A stretch of DNA of 63,166 nucleotides, the filler included, from Octopus bimaculoides (taxonomy: Eukaryota), in the NCBI RefSeq assembly GCF_001194135.2. It is 3 parts of 3 records of this genome, joined end to end, with 100 filler letters (N's around TTAATTAATTAA, not from the genome) between each part and the next. Parts side by side here need not be neighbours in the genome. Positions count along the whole stretch, not along the records: positions 1 to 29,743 come from NC_068993.1; positions 29,844 to 60,299 come from NC_068982.1; 1 more part is not named here. One strand, written 5' to 3'. Under the pieces are notes generated by a model. That model did no database searches, was not told the DNA's origin, and saw only the letters and a program-made list of their open reading frames with translations. Positions within the stretch are counted from its first letter, which is position 1. Each line of letters begins with the position of its first letter. The position numbers and the translations under genes are program-made. Of the stretch, positions 26,711 through 39,580 are shown in pieces.

Positions 26711-27904
26711 TATGTATGTGTGCGTGTATGACGTATGTGTGAATGCGCATGTGTACATGCTTCAAAACAAAAGCTATATAAGAATCTTGTTTACCACTGT
26801 GCGTAAGCAAATGAGCGCGCGCATTTGTTTATGCACAGCATGTGCTTATATGTATGTATTTGTATATGCTTGTTGAGGCTTGACTCAGTGTGTGTCTGTG
26901 TGTATATGTGCGTATGGTGGCACATGTGTGATTCTCTGTATGTGTTTGCGTTTGCTTTTGTATTAAAGTATTTCTTTTAAATGATCATTGCTCTAACGAC
27001 CTTTCCAGTGTGTATCAGTTGTATATATATATATATATATATATNNNNNNNNNNNNNNNNNNNNNNNNNNNNNNNNNNNNNNNNNNTATATATATACCTA
27101 CTTAAACGAACATACTTTCATATATCAGCTTGCCTGAACTCATTGTTAAATGTGAAGATTGGTTCGCGTGCACCAGTTCTACTCTTTAGACAAAGTAGTA
27201 ACCTATAGCTGAAGTTATTAGCTTTTAATCAAAATATGCCTTCTTAACTCGCTTTCAACCGAATTTACTGAGCCCAGTTTCTCTCCATTTTATTGCCGTG
27301 TAAGTCAATGAGGAGCAGTCTGAGTGAAAACCGGTAGACATAAACTGCGCATAAACTCGTCGAATGGATTGTACAGAGAATTTAAAGAGCTACGTTTGTC
27401 ACAGATTGAATCACGCTGAATGATTCGGCCTGAAAATTGAAAGCTAATTCAGAAGATTTTCTAACAAGAGATAAATAAGATTTATATATTTTTGATCTTC
27501 TGATATGTGTGTGTGTGTGTTAAGGACTTTCTGTCTGCCAATCTGGATTAGCCTTACAAAGATCATTTGACATGAGAAGCAGGATGTGACGTCGTTTCAA
27601 AAGCTTAACGTATTCCCTGTCAAGAACACTTCCCTTCGAATTTTGCTAGGATTGACTTTTCTTCACTTTTGTAGTCGATGAGATCCCCCACAAGGACTAT
27701 ACTGAAGTTAAGCAAGATTACTGATTTCCTCGCACTCAAGTTAGTCGAACTCAGTGGAAGTCACCACCAAAGAACAATAACGAATTCATATATGACTTTT
27801 ATTGTATACTCTTCCGCTCCCTTTGTCATTTAACTTTCTACTCTTCTTTCTCTTTCCTCGTCTTGCCCCTCATCTCCTATATCCGGTTTTCTCTCTGTCC
27901 ACCG

Positions 27905-27996
<92 letters not shown>

Positions 27997-29685
27997 CTTT
28001 CTCATATTCACATTGTTTGTACTAAACACACAAAGGCAGGAAGACAAACAAACATTTCTTTGCGTACGCAACCTCTCTATTCCAGTGCACAACTGTTTGT
28101 AATTTAAACTGCTGTCATAACTATAGAAGTTAACGGACAAGCCATATCTAGTTCACTTATGCACGAGATAGGGTAAAACCCGTTGAAATATTGGCTAAAA
28201 CAGGATCCTTTCTAAATGTACTCGAATTTACGATTCCAAGCAAGAATCCAATCCCATGACAATATACTAAATAGCATTAAAGGACTGATTTCATAATAGT
28301 AAACTAGTTTTCATTGTTGTCATTGAGTACCATTTGCCATTAAGTACCGTTTCTTATTGGTGCCTATTTTCTCAAACAAAAACTCTGTTTTCTTAATTAG
28401 GCATGTTTTAAATAGGTTTGCTTTTAAAATATCGTTATTGAAAAACCAGTACTGAGATATCATTAAGACTTGCTGGTGAATAATGTTTTTTTTTTCTTAC
28501 GACACAGATAGAGGATTTCGTAAGAGAAAAAAAAGACAAAAAATACGAGGGTCTTAAGTTGACTGAATTGACCTGAGTTTATTACTGGTATCAAATCGAA
28601 CCAGCAAACGAGTCTCTACGCAGTCCCTCTAGCTGTGAAACCTCTCCAAATAACATTTTACCATCTTAATGGTTTCAAATTTTGGCACAAGGCCAGCAAT
28701 TTCGAGGGAGGGGTAAGTCGATTGTATTGATCCAAGTACTCAACTCGTACTTATTTTATCGACTCCGAAAGGATGAAAGGCAAAGTCGACCTCGGCGGAA
28801 TTTGAACTCAAAACGTAACGGCAGACGAAATACCGCTAAGCATTTTGCCCGGCATACTAACGTTTCTGCCAGCTTGTCGCTTTAAGTCTACCATCTTAAT
28901 AAAAGGAAGGTAAGATTAGATAATTCCACTCCATATACACAATGCCTAGAAATAAGATTAAATGGTTTTGGATGGAAATGCTTTGATCTTAAATTTGCTC
29001 GATTGTAGTTCACTTTGGGTTACGCGAAATTATAATACATCTTTTTCTTTCAGAGGTGTAGTTGTGATTTGATCTGAGGCGTGTGTTGAATCTAAAACGA
29101 TTGCCGTATGAAGGATACCTGTCAGCCATTCAAAAACACAGAAACTCTGTTAACTTCACTTAAAGATTTATGTGTTAATTGTCAAATGTTTCGTCGCGCG
29201 CGCTGCGACCTGATCACTGACAAGATGACACTGCATCTCAGAGCAATCTTGTCAATGACCAGGTTGCAGTTCGTGCGACGAAGATTTTGATTAATACGTC
29301 CATGTGTTAACATGTACCTTTTGGCGACAATGTAAACTTTCATTTAATCGAAATATCTTTGACCTGAAAAATAGCCTGCGGTATACACCTCGCTTGGATA
29401 TTCACCACTTTTGAGGTTCCGCTCGTTACGAAACATATGTAGCCCGGATCTTAGCTACTCAATTCCTTAACTTTTGTATTCTTATTCGCACACCCGGCAA
29501 TCCTGGTCGCCTACTGTGAAATATGAAAAAAAAAGAAAAACTTTTTTCAGTTTATCGTACTTCGATACGAAAAAATCCACAACCTTGTGTCTCAATAAAC
29601 CATTATTGTCCCTGAAAGTTGGGCTTTATATTCACTACTGATTGCTTGAAGCAAACTTTCTTCCTATACCTCTAACCTTGGATCT

Positions 29686-29726
<41 letters not shown>

Positions 29727-29743
29727 ACACGCATACTCACACA

Positions 29744-29843
29744 NNNNNNNNNNNNNNNNNNNNNNNNNNNNNNNNNNNNNNNNNNNNTTAATTAATTAAN
29801 NNNNNNNNNNNNNNNNNNNNNNNNNNNNNNNNNNNNNNNNNNN
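29744..29843. other. Artificial scaffold join (44 N + TTAATTAATTAA + 44 N); identical join at 60300-60399
   Basis: Identical 100-bp structure twice; the 12-mer gives stops in all six frames. Confidence 0.9.
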
Positions 29844-29908
29844 CGGAGAGAAAAAAAATTGAATAGTGTTCAGTCAACGGTCAATCATAATAATGGCCGA
29901 TCATAACA

Positions 29909-30003
29909 ATGGCTGACCGGAAGTTAGAAATTCTTATTTCAGGAGAGCTAAGAAAGGGGGAGATAACAAACGGTGATCGGGAACGAGGGGCTGTGTGTGG
30001 GAG
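29909..30003 (+). CDS. Candidate first exon of an unidentified plus-strand gene (MADRKLEILISGELRKGEITNGDRERGAVCG)
   Basis: ACAATGG start context, open to GAG|GTAATA (phase 2); CCGGAAGT ETS-type motif; sits at the CpG-rich to CpG-poor transition. No homology recognised. Confidence 0.3.
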
Positions 30004-31929
30004 GTAATATATATATATATATATATATATATAAAGGCAGAAAGCTGGCATAATCATTAGCACACTGGACAAAATGCTTAGAGACATTTCGTCTGTCTTT
30101 AGGTTCTGAGTTCAAATTCCACTGAGATCGACCTTGTCTTTCATCCTTTTGGGGTTGATGAAATAAGCACCAGTTGAGTGCTGGTCTCAATGTGACTGAT
30201 TTGTCCCCTTCCGAAATTGCAGGCCCCCTGCCATATTTGAAACCAATATATATGTGTGTGTGTGTGCGTATGTATGTATATATATATACATATATATATG
30301 TGTGTGTGTGTATGTATATATGTATGTCTGTGGTACTGTGTTTGAACTTCACTCCTTTTATGTCACTGTTGTTGTTATTGTGGTCAGTATTGTCCTAAGT
30401 TGTAGGACTTCAGTTTATAATCATTTTTACAAGGAATACAGAAATTGTCTGGTCTTCCATTTTAAAAGGAATGTAGAAATTTCTTGAATGAAGTTTTACT
30501 GCATAAAAGTTTTCTTCCTTGCTAAATGTTATTGGTTATCAATTAATTAAATATTTCTAACAGGGATCATAATTAATATTAAGATTAATACATTCATTTA
30601 CTTTTTGATGGAAATCTGTTTTTCTCTGCTTTGTAAGTTTGGCTGTTCTGTTAGAGAACAACTTTTTGTAATTCTGGAATGGTCTGTTAAAAAAAAAAAA
30701 AAGACAAAACAAAATAGTTTCCTCATTGAAACTAAACTCCATGTTGTTGCTATTGAGTTTTATTTAGCAATTTCATATCTGCCTGTTCTTAGCTGGACAT
30801 TCAGACAATCACTTCACACTCCACTCAAGCAATAATCCCTTCTAGATTTAATGTCCCCATAACAATCACACTCTACTCATCTCTAGCTTTATTTGCCTTT
30901 AGTTTTCTTCTCCCATGGCAGCCACACTCACTCTCCATAATTTTACTCCAATCCAGTAGCTCTCATCTGTCAGTTGGATGCACCACAAGGGATAATCAGA
31001 TGCACAATGAGGAGTGTATGGGTGCACCATAAAGAACGGCCAGTTGCACTGCAGATTTTGAAAATATTTTTCAAGGTTTTAGAAAATCCACTCTTGACCA
31101 TCTTAAAAACATTTTTTACAATTTATTTATGATTTTATTTATATTGTTAGCCACCAGTAAATTGAGTACTAAAACATGGTATGCCATAATTTTTATTTTA
31201 TTTTCTAAATTTTATTTTTATTTTAAAACCTTGTTTTGTTTTTTTTTGTTACTTTCCATGTGAAGTATACCAGTAATTATTTGCTTTCCATGCAAAGTTT
31301 GCCAGGAATTTTGATCTCCAGACTAGTACAGTGTCAACCACTGCTAGAACAACAACACACTCTCTTCTCCTCATTCTACTCTTTACTCACCCAGAACTCC
31401 AAGGTGAACTTGACCACTGTCTTAAAACAAAATACTTTAAATCTAGTTTGTCAGTTTTAATTGTAGTTTGTCCCCCGCTCCCACACATGCATCTGAACAA
31501 AAGTTATATACACACTCGTTAATCTGGATGAAATAATACACCTGGTTGAGCTGAACAGTTTTAAAAATTCTTATACATTCTAATGATCAATGTGATTTTG
31601 AAAATGATGTACCCCACATTTTCTGATCAGATGACTGTCAGAAAATATAAACCCCTGCTCATCAAATGATTTTAGAAATGACATGTACCACCTGCTGATC
31701 AAGATGATTTTTAAGGTTACACATGGTGTAACATACTTCTTAATTTATATGAATTAATTTAAAATGTTAAACATTAACCTTTTTTTTTTCAACAATATTT
31801 TTATAAACAATTCTGTTTTATTCCATTACCAATTTTTTGTTGTTGAACTTATTTGTCTTTTCTTTATAAAAAAAAAACCTTTAATTTTTTGTTTTGTTGT
31901 TTTTTTAAATTTTTTTTTTAATAATCATC

Positions 31930-32090
31930 ACTCTCGGAGTGGTTGGCGTTAGGAAGGGCATCCAGCTGTAGAAACTCTGCCAAATCAGATTGGAGCCTGG
32001 TGTAATCACCTGGTTCACCAGTCCTCAGTCAAATCGTCCAACCCATGCCAGTATGGAAAGTGGACGTTAAACGATGATGATGATCATCAT
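31930..32090 (+). mobile_element. Short RTE 3'-tail element (other copies about 32370-32545 -, 33864-34265 -, 36095-36218 +, 37052-37260 +, 44845-45130 +, 45216-45410 +, 52195-52392 -)
   Basis: GGTTGGCGTTAGGAAGGGCATCCAGCTGTAGAAAC...GGACGTTAAACGATGATGAT matches the 3' end of the LINE at 56560-56720. Confidence 0.85.
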
Positions 32091-35000
32091 CATCATCATC
32101 ATTATCTCAGCAATAACATAAGCCAAGTTGATTTATAGTTGGACTTAGAGATTATAATTGATGATTTAATCCTTGTCACCAAATAAATCTGTGTAATGGC
32201 CCAGTTCACTTAGCTGTAAATAGGTACCATAAAGACATATACCTCACAATTGGAAGCAGGAGCACCATATAAGTGATGATTGTTTTGTTAATTGCCAACA
32301 ATAGACTTAAATTTCCTCGTTATCTTTTTGGTGAGGAAATAAATTTTCATCCTCATTAAATGTCTCTTTTTCGTGCTGGCATGGGTTGGATGGTTTGGCA
32401 GAGGCCGGCAAGGCCAAAGGACTGAGCCCGGCTTTGTTGTCTGTTTTGGCAGGGTTTCTATGGCTGGATGCCCTTCCCAATACCAAACACTTAAGAGTGT
32501 ATTGAGTACTTTTTAGGTGGTACCAGCACAGACAGGGTTACCAAGTAACTTGCAACATAAAGACCCATTGACTAGGAGTATTGAGAAATGTAGCTTTGTG
32601 TCAGTTGGTAAGAGGTTACAACGTATAGTAGAGGGGGGGAGGAAGATAGAATGACAGGGTGAAAGAGAGTTGGCGGTGGAGATATGTTAGGACATATCCT
32701 GGAGTGATATAGAGAATGGAACAGGATGAGTGGAGAATTGAGGATGATAGCAGATAAGAAAGGGGTTAAATATAGAGCGTAGCAGAGACAGAGAGCAATG
32801 GCCAGAGGCCCATGTGGTCCCAAGAAGGGACAAAGGTAACTGAAGGGAGTGGGCTATAGTATGTGTCAGTTCTGCTTTCAGGTGATTACAACAGCTGACT
32901 AATACCACAGAGAAGCAATGAGTGTTAGGGGTGGGGAATGCTTGATGGGGCATTACCCCCCTCCCCTCAAAATTGCTGGTCTTGTGCTAAAGTTAGAATT
33001 ATCAAAGATCAATCAAGCATGATACCTCTGTCCTTTTTCTTGGTGTTGTATGCCATCATGGGAATCCTCAGAGTTACCCTTCTAAATATATGAGCAGCAG
33101 GTTTCTTCCTTATCAGGTTCCCAGCTGCCCCCTGCTGTTCTAGGGTACCTGTTTGCAACCAGGAGCAGGTGTTCATAATATAGATGCAGGCATAGCTGCT
33201 TGCTTCCCAACTGCATGGCTCCAGGATCCGTCCCACCTTAGGTAAATATCTACTACAAAAACCTTGGACTTTGGATTTGATAGATGGAAACTGAAGGAAG
33301 CCCATTGTATATATGTATGCATGTGTGTCTTTGTCTCCCTGCACACACACACACACATCACTTTACAATCAGTGTTGGTGTGTTTACCTCCCGATAACAT
33401 AGCAATTTGGCAAAAGAGACCGACATAATAAGTACCTGGCATTAAAAAAAAGAAGTCTTGTGGTGGGGGGGGAGTCGATTTGTTTGACTAAAATTCCTCA
33501 AGGTGGTGCCCCAGCATGGCCACAGTCTAATGACTGAAACAAATAAAAGAATTCAGCCATTCACTTTACCAACACAACCAGGAACCTGACGTTAACAAAT
33601 AAGCACTTTTCTTACCATATTTCTGTTGGTATAGACTGCATTTGTTTCAGTTAGTTTTGAAAATGATGAAGCTTTTAATAAAATAACTTTGTCATAATTA
33701 AACTGGCATTTGGAACATGAATTAATGTGGAATTTTGATGGAAAGTCTTAAAACAGGAAGTTTGTATTATAGGACCAAGGTCGGTCTGAAACAGGTTGAG
33801 ATCAAAATGGTTAAATGATTGTGTAAAAATGAAGAACTTCACTGTAAAGAAATATTGGCTGTTCATCATCATCATCGTTTAACATCCGCTTTCCATGCTA
33901 GCATGGGTTGGACGATTTGACTTATTTCTTTATTGCCCACAAGGGGGCTAAACATAGAGGGGACAAACAGAGGGATTAAGTCAATTACATTGACCCCAGT
34001 GCGTAACTGGTACTTAATTTATCAACCCCGAAAGGATTAAAGGCAAAGTCGACCTCGGCCTAATTTGAACTCAGAACGTAAAGACAGACGAAATACCGCT
34101 AAGCATTTCACCCGTCATGCTAACGTTTCTGCCAGCTCGCCACCTTTGACTGAGGACTGGCGAGCCAGATGGCTGCACTAGGCTCCAATCTGATCTGGCA
34201 GAGTTTCTACAGCTGGATGCCCTTCCTAATGCCAACCACTCCGAGAGTGTAGTGGGTGCTTTTAGTACTAGGTAAACTTCTAGAAAATCATTCCTACTGC
34301 ATGGCTGTGAGTCCAGAGTATGTAATAACTTTGCTGTGGTGACATTACTGCTATTCTTCAGCATGGTCCTATGTTAATTCTCTTTAATGGTAGCAGGAAA
34401 CCAGTGTTTTGAGGGAAGGGGTGAGTAGATTACATCAACCCCCAGAAAGATGAAAAACAAAATTGACCTCACCAGTATCTGAACTCAGAATGCCAAGAGC
34501 TGGAAGAAATGCCACTAAACATTTTGTCCCATGTGCTGACACTTCTGCCAATTTGTCACCTCAAGGATAAAGATGCCCTTTGGTCATGAATGGCCATGGG
34601 ATTGCACCTAGAAAGTTCCCCTCTGAGACCCTAGTCCAAGCAAGGTTGTTTTATGGAAGACCAGCAGTGACCCATGCATACCAACCTCCCCTCTCCACAC
34701 CACTGATGTTATCCAAGGGAAAAGCAAAGGGGCCGATACAGCTTGGCACCTGTGATGTCGCAACTCATTTCTACAGCTGAACGAACTGGGGTGATGTGAA
34801 ATGAAGTGTCTTGCTCAAGAACACAACACAGCCTAGTCCAGGAATCGAACTCGCTACCTCATGATTGTGAAACTGATGCTCTAACCACTGAGCCATCCAC
34901 CTTTACATCACTTTAATAATAATAATAATATTGGTTTCAAATTTTGGCACAAGGCCAATAAGTTTTGGATAAAGGAGCAACTCCACTACATTGACCCCAG

Positions 35001-35737
35001 TATTTGACTGGTACTTATTCTATTGAAAGTGAAAAGATGAAAGGCAAAGTCAACCTTGGTGGAATTTGAACTCAGAACATAAAGGACAAAATGCCGCTAA
35101 ACATTTTTCCTGGCATGCTAATGACTCTGCCAGCTCACTGCCTTCTTAATACTAATTATAACGATGTTGATGATGAAAGAATGAAAATAAGAGACAGCTG
35201 TCGAGAATGCTTGTCTGCTCTGTATCAATTCCGGAAACCATCATCAATGTCTTTCAAAGAATATCCTTGTTTTGTTTCCGTTTTCAGAATTGGTTTCTTT
35301 TATATTTGTTTTTTGTTTTCTTGTTGTTTTCTGATAAAGAATAGGTTTATATTTATTAGGTCAGGAACCCAAAGAATTATAAAGAAATCAATCTTGTATA
35401 TCTTTCAAGATAGCTGTTGTATACAAGCTATTTAAAAGACAGCTGTTGTATACAAGCTATTTAAAAGTTTTCTGTGTAAATAATTGTAAATATATAAACT
35501 GGAAGCTTTACTTCTCATTACAAAAAAAAACAAACTTATTTTGAATGTATAAGTTTAGTTTCATTGAGAGGTTTTTTGTGATGAAAACTCAATAAAAGAA
35601 CCAGACAAGTTGTGCCAGCATGGAACATGGATGATGATGAATCTAAATTGTCATTAAAGACAGCAAAAAAAAATATTAGCAAATGTAAAAAGCATGTTTT
35701 TTCCATAAAGACAAAGAAGGAGGTTTCAATATTTCAG

Positions 35738-37319
35738 GCATGTAGTCCTTTGTCAAGAAAGCAGAAGATTGAGAGGAAAACGTCAATTTATATATGCTAA
35801 CAAGCAAAGATGGTTTGTAGATGGTAGGAGTGGACAGGCGTATCTTTTACTTGTTTCATTCATTGGAGTGCAGCCATGCTGGGATATCACCTTGAACGTT
35901 TAATCAAATAAATCAACACCAAGACTATATTTTTTTTAACCTGGTACTATTCTATTGGTCTCTTTTGTTGAACCACTAAGTTATGTGACTGTAAACAAAT
36001 GGGTTGTCAAGTGGTGTGGGGGAGGGTAAACACAAACACACAGACACACATATACGACAGGCTTCTTTCAATTTCTATTTATCAAATTCATTGCCAGTAC
36101 CGCCTGACTGGCCTTCGTGCGGGTGACACGTAAAAGTACCCACTACACTCTCTGAGTGGTTGGCATTAGGAAGGGCATCCAGCTATAGAAAATCTGCCCA
36201 ATCAGATTGGAGCCTGGATTCACGAGGCTTTGGTCATTCTGAGGCTATAGTAAGAGACCGTTGCCTAAGGTGCCACACAATGGGACTGAACTTAGAACAT
36301 CTTGGTTGGGAAGCAAACTTCTTAACCATACAGCCATGCTTGCACCTCTGTTTGTTTTCTGACCAAGGAGGAGAGTGCAATAAGCAGCAATTGATCCTGC
36401 ATCAAAGCCAACACTTCTTCAGTTCTGTGTTATCTTACACAACATGAATTATTTCATGCATTGTTTGTTTAATGTAGAATTACTGACTCTCAAAGCAGCC
36501 ATTTGTGCCGAGATCAGAATCTTTTATAAAACGAATATACCTATGAGGCCGTCTGGTTAGACTTGCTCTAAGACCAGACTTCGGAGAGATCAAAACCATT
36601 TGTGGTGGTGTTGTTTAGCCACAGGTCAGCTCTGATTGAGCAAACCATCTTTTATTATAATAAAAGAGGTCTGGCCATGGCCATCCCATCTTATCTGAGA
36701 CAGGACAAGACCAAAGAGAAGAGTGGGGGTCTGAAAAACAGATAGTCAATGATGAGGTCACATATTGTGAGACGAAAGAACTCTGACATAACAAATGATA
36801 ATAATAATATAATAAAAGAAGATGAAATGATAGCATACACAACTACTATGTTAATAATAAAGAATAGTAATAAAAGAATTATAAGCAATAAAAGATGTAT
36901 TCACTCTTCTCACTCTTTGAATAAAAGATTTTCCCACAAGATGAAAGAAACGATTATCTCCGCCTGAGCACCAACTCCTTCTTTCTCTGTTTCTCCTTCC
37001 ACAGAATATACAGCTTCCAGTAAGACTATCAGGAATAATAATAATAAAGCCAGGGCGTGGCCGTTGCCAGTTCCGCGTGACTGGCCCTCGTGCTGGTGGC
37101 ACGTAAAAAGCACCCACTACACTCTTAGAGTGGTTGGCGTTAGGAAGGGCATCCAGATGTAGAAACTCTGCCAAATCAGATTGGAGCCTGGTGTAGCCAG
37201 TCCTCAGTCAAATTGTCCAACCCATGCTAGCATGGAAAGCGGACGTTAAACGATGATGATAAAATGAAGATCAAATAACTGGTGTGTGTATTTATTGGCA
37301 AAATGACCGTCTACAAATG

Positions 37320-37359
<40 letters not shown>

Positions 37360-37574
37360 TCATCATCTTCATCATCGTTTATGTGTGTGTGTATATGTGT
37401 GTATATAGATAGATAGATAAAGACAAGCAATGGTCTGCATAACACTATTGAAATGGTAGAACAGAAAGCATGTGAAAAAGGCTGATATTTTCTGTCACAT
37501 TGTAGTGTAACATTTGTAGAATTATGCTGCAGAGAAAGAATATATATCTATATATGTATATATATATATATATG

Positions 37575-37625
<51 letters not shown>

Positions 37626-38828
37626 ATGGCAACTGAATGGTAGAAGGATAAAACACAAGACAACACTCTGCCTGTTTCTCTTTCTCTCTGAACACACATC
37701 ATAACCACCATCACTATCATTATCATCAGCAGCATTTAGAGAAACAAGACTGACCTGTTTCTCTCTCTCTTTGAACACACATCACCACCACCACCACCAC
37801 CGTCATCATCATCATCAGCAGCAGCAGCAGCAGTCAAAGCAATGAGAAAGATTCAAAAGATGAAAGGCCTTCAACGAGTATTGATGAAACCACAGCAACC
37901 AAAACATGACACACAAAGTTATTTGTTTAAGTTAATCAATAATAATAGATATTGATAAATGCAGAAGAAGAAGAAGAAGCAGAAGAAGAGGAGGAGAAAT
38001 GTATAGTTTGTCATAAGAGCTGTTGGGTGAAAAAAACAACGCAAACTAGATTTTCCAGCTGTTTTATTTGATGGTCCTGGAATTGCTGAACACAGCCAAC
38101 CTGTTGAGATGAGTGGTGGGCCAGGGTGGGTTTATTAAATACTGGTTCGACACAACTAGTAAAGCCATGATGGCACCAGATTGTAAATGGTGAGCGACCA
38201 AAACTATGCTTCTTGCTCATAACCTCTCTCTCTCTCCACTACACATTCTCACTTTCTCTTTCTCACACATAACATACACACTCTCCCCGCTCCCAACAAA
38301 CCCACTTCCACATATGTATACACATACATACACACACACACTTCTGCACTTATGGTAGGCACACACTCATACACACCCACACAAACACATACACACCAAT
38401 GTTAATACATTAACATTTGTTTATTCGCTTCAGTCATTAGACTGTGGCCATGCTGGAGCACTGCCTTGAATTTTTAGTTGAATGAATCGACCCCAGTTCT
38501 TCTTTATTTTAAACCTGGCACTTATTCTATCAGTCTGTTGCTGAACCTCTAAGTTACAGGAACATAAACATATCAACATCACTTGTCAAGTGATGGTGGG
38601 AGTTAAACACACACACACACACACATGCACGTATATTTGACAGGCTTCTTTCAGTTCCTGTTTACCAAAGATTTGGTCAGCCCAAGGCTATAGTAGAAGA
38701 CACTTGCCCAAAGTGCCACACAGTGGGACTGAACCCAGAACCATGTGGTTGGGAACAAACTTCTTGCTGCACAACTTTGGAAAGTTTCTTCTTCATGGAT
38801 TCAGATACAATACTGTGTTTATACCAAT

Positions 38829-38871
<43 letters not shown>

Positions 38872-39525
38872 TATAACCTTCCCAACCATCTGTTGCCTTT
38901 CTGCCTCATCCTTCCCCTCTCTTCTGTATCATGACTATTCTGCTACATGTCCCCCCCCCCCTGCTTTATTGGTTACCCCACTATTCACTACACCCACCCT
39001 CCGAAACCTCTCCAATCTCTACAGTTGTCACCTACTCTTCCTTGCCTCTTTTACTTATCACCTACTTAGCTCTTGTTCATTATTCATTCTATTCCCTCCT
39101 CTCTCTCACCCTCACCCATTCCCTTCTTCCAAGAACCTGTTGAAAACTCCACCAAAGTTATCAACAAACTGAAACTTACAGATTTTCCTTTTAGCTTGGA
39201 CATTATTTCCCTATACACCCCTGTCCCAGCAACCCTGCTTATCAACTGACTAACCAAGCATATTGCCTCTTCTCACAACACCAACAATTTGAGGCTCACA
39301 GCTCCACATCATCATCATCATCATTTAATGTCCGTTATCCATGCTGGCATGGATTGGACATATATCCATGAAATCTTTACTATAAGGGAACACCTTCTAG
39401 TTTGAGGGTTCCATTTACAAAGAAATCTCTGGGTTGCTGAAAGGGTCAAGTTTGTGAGGCCTACTGACCATCACATATATCGACTGGTTGGAATGCAGGG
39501 CACCCAACAGCTGTCACTTTTGTAA
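35738..39525 (+). CDS. Candidate spliced exons 35738-35823, 37005-37019, 38059-38125 and 39423-39525 of an unidentified gene
   Basis: Three GT donors and four AG acceptors; for the three longer exons the only open frame is phase-compatible with its neighbours. No homology recognised. Confidence 0.35.
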
Positions 39526-39580
39526 TAATAATAATAAATAAAAAAAGAACAAAAATAACAACAACAACAACAATAATAAT

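Noticed and set aside
31391-31420. 30-nt minus-strand exon candidate (TTTTGTTTTAAG / GTGAGT)
   Set aside because: Strong signals, but no consistent minus-strand chain or promoter was found. Not excluded; it competes with the plus-strand model.
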